Positions 63,482 through 64,000 of a stretch of DNA of 64,000 nt are shown piece by piece. Source of the DNA: an uncultured delta proteobacterium (GTDB lineage: Bacteria > Desulfobacterota > Syntrophia > Syntrophales > UBA5619). Location: assembly GCA_963817385.1 (NCBI GenBank), contig CAWFOM010000008.1, forward strand, positions 32,001-96,000. Direction: 5' to 3'. The position numbers and the translations under genes are program-made. Within the stretch, counting starts at the first letter, position 1, and every line of letters begins with the position of its first letter. The notes below the pieces were generated by a model that saw nothing but the letters and a program-made list of their open reading frames with translations, made no database searches and had not been told where the DNA came from.

Positions 63482-63526
63482 CTCCTTGCCCGGACCTTGC
63501 GCCCGGGCTATAGAGCCGAAAGGAGG
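63482..63526 (+). promoter_or_regulatory. S6:S18 ribosomal protein leader RNA
   Basis: CTCCTT pairs with the SD AAGGAG; inner GCCCGG/CCGGGC stem; unpaired CCG before the SD. Confidence 0.7.
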
Positions 63527-63533
63527 CAACAGA

Positions 63534-63989
63534 TTGAGAAGATACGAAACAATACTTATTGCCCATGTCGATCTTTCCGAGGATGAGTTGAGCAACCTCA
63601 TCGACCGTTATGGAGGTATCGTAACGGGACAAAAGGGCATCCTGGTCAAAGTCGAACGGTGGGGGAAGAGAAGGCTCGCCTATCTGATCAGGAAACAGGC
63701 GAGGGGATTCTACATCCTGATTGACTATGCGGGCGTCAGCGCCGTTGTCAATGAGCTGGAGAGAAACCTCAAGATCGATGACAAGATCCTCAAGTTCATG
63801 ACCGTTCTGAAAGCGGATACGGTCGACCCCGAGGCGCTGGAGCAGGAGATCGCAAGCGCCGCAGGGAAAGAAGAGAAGAAGGAGACTCCCCCGGCCGTCG
63901 TTACGGCAGAAACAGGCGCATCCGGTGCGGCCGATGCCCAGTCTTCAGTTCCGGAAGAAACCAATGCGAAGGGGGATAAGGAATCATGA
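63534..63989 (+). CDS. rpsF: 30S ribosomal protein S6
   Basis: RRYETILI, WGKRRLAYLI, ELERNLKIDD; TTG start after AGGAGG. Confidence 0.96.
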   Translation: MRRYETILIAHVDLSEDELSNLIDRYGGIVTGQKGILVKVERWGKRRLAYLIRKQARGFYILIDYAGVSAVVNELERNLKIDDKILKFMTVLKADTVDPEALEQEIASAAGKEEKKETPPAVVTAETGASGAADAQSSVPEETNAKGDKES

Positions 63990-64000
63990 TAACAACACCT
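63986..64000 (+). CDS. rpsR: Probable start of 30S ribosomal protein S18 (3'-truncated by window)
   Basis: ATGA overlap with the rpsF stop; identity from expected synteny only. Confidence 0.45.

Overview
A GC-rich bacterial chromosome segment. Gene order (dprA-topA-trmFO; kdsA-kdsC-lptCAB-rpoN-hpf-ptsN-rapZ; coaBC-udg-nfeD-slipin; Desulfovibrio-type adk) suggests an anaerobic deltaproteobacterium (Desulfobacterota, plausibly Syntrophales; inference). Most of it is housekeeping: about 60 CDS and 6 intact tRNAs, with no rRNA, CRISPR array or intact transposase. Accessory parts are an organic-acid catabolic/TRAP cluster (1-9 kb), a transglutaminase-ABC operon containing a 127-bp inverted-repeat element, two AT-rich relic islets at tRNA 3' ends (one holding an orphan gene bracketed by two inward-facing tRNA 3'-end fragments, one of them from tRNA-Sec), and a MinD/FlhG-like ATPase + pseudo-J/RodZ-HTH + SPOR module. 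Signals missing from the ORF track include a probable FmdB-family selenoprotein (UGA plus a SECIS-like hairpin with G at +23 and U at +24), a sigma54-driven small membrane protein, a structured leader with an Arg-rich uORF, a G7 frameshift linking udg and nfeD, and hydE and nucleotidyl-cyclase pseudogenes. All family calls come from motif recognition, not database searches.
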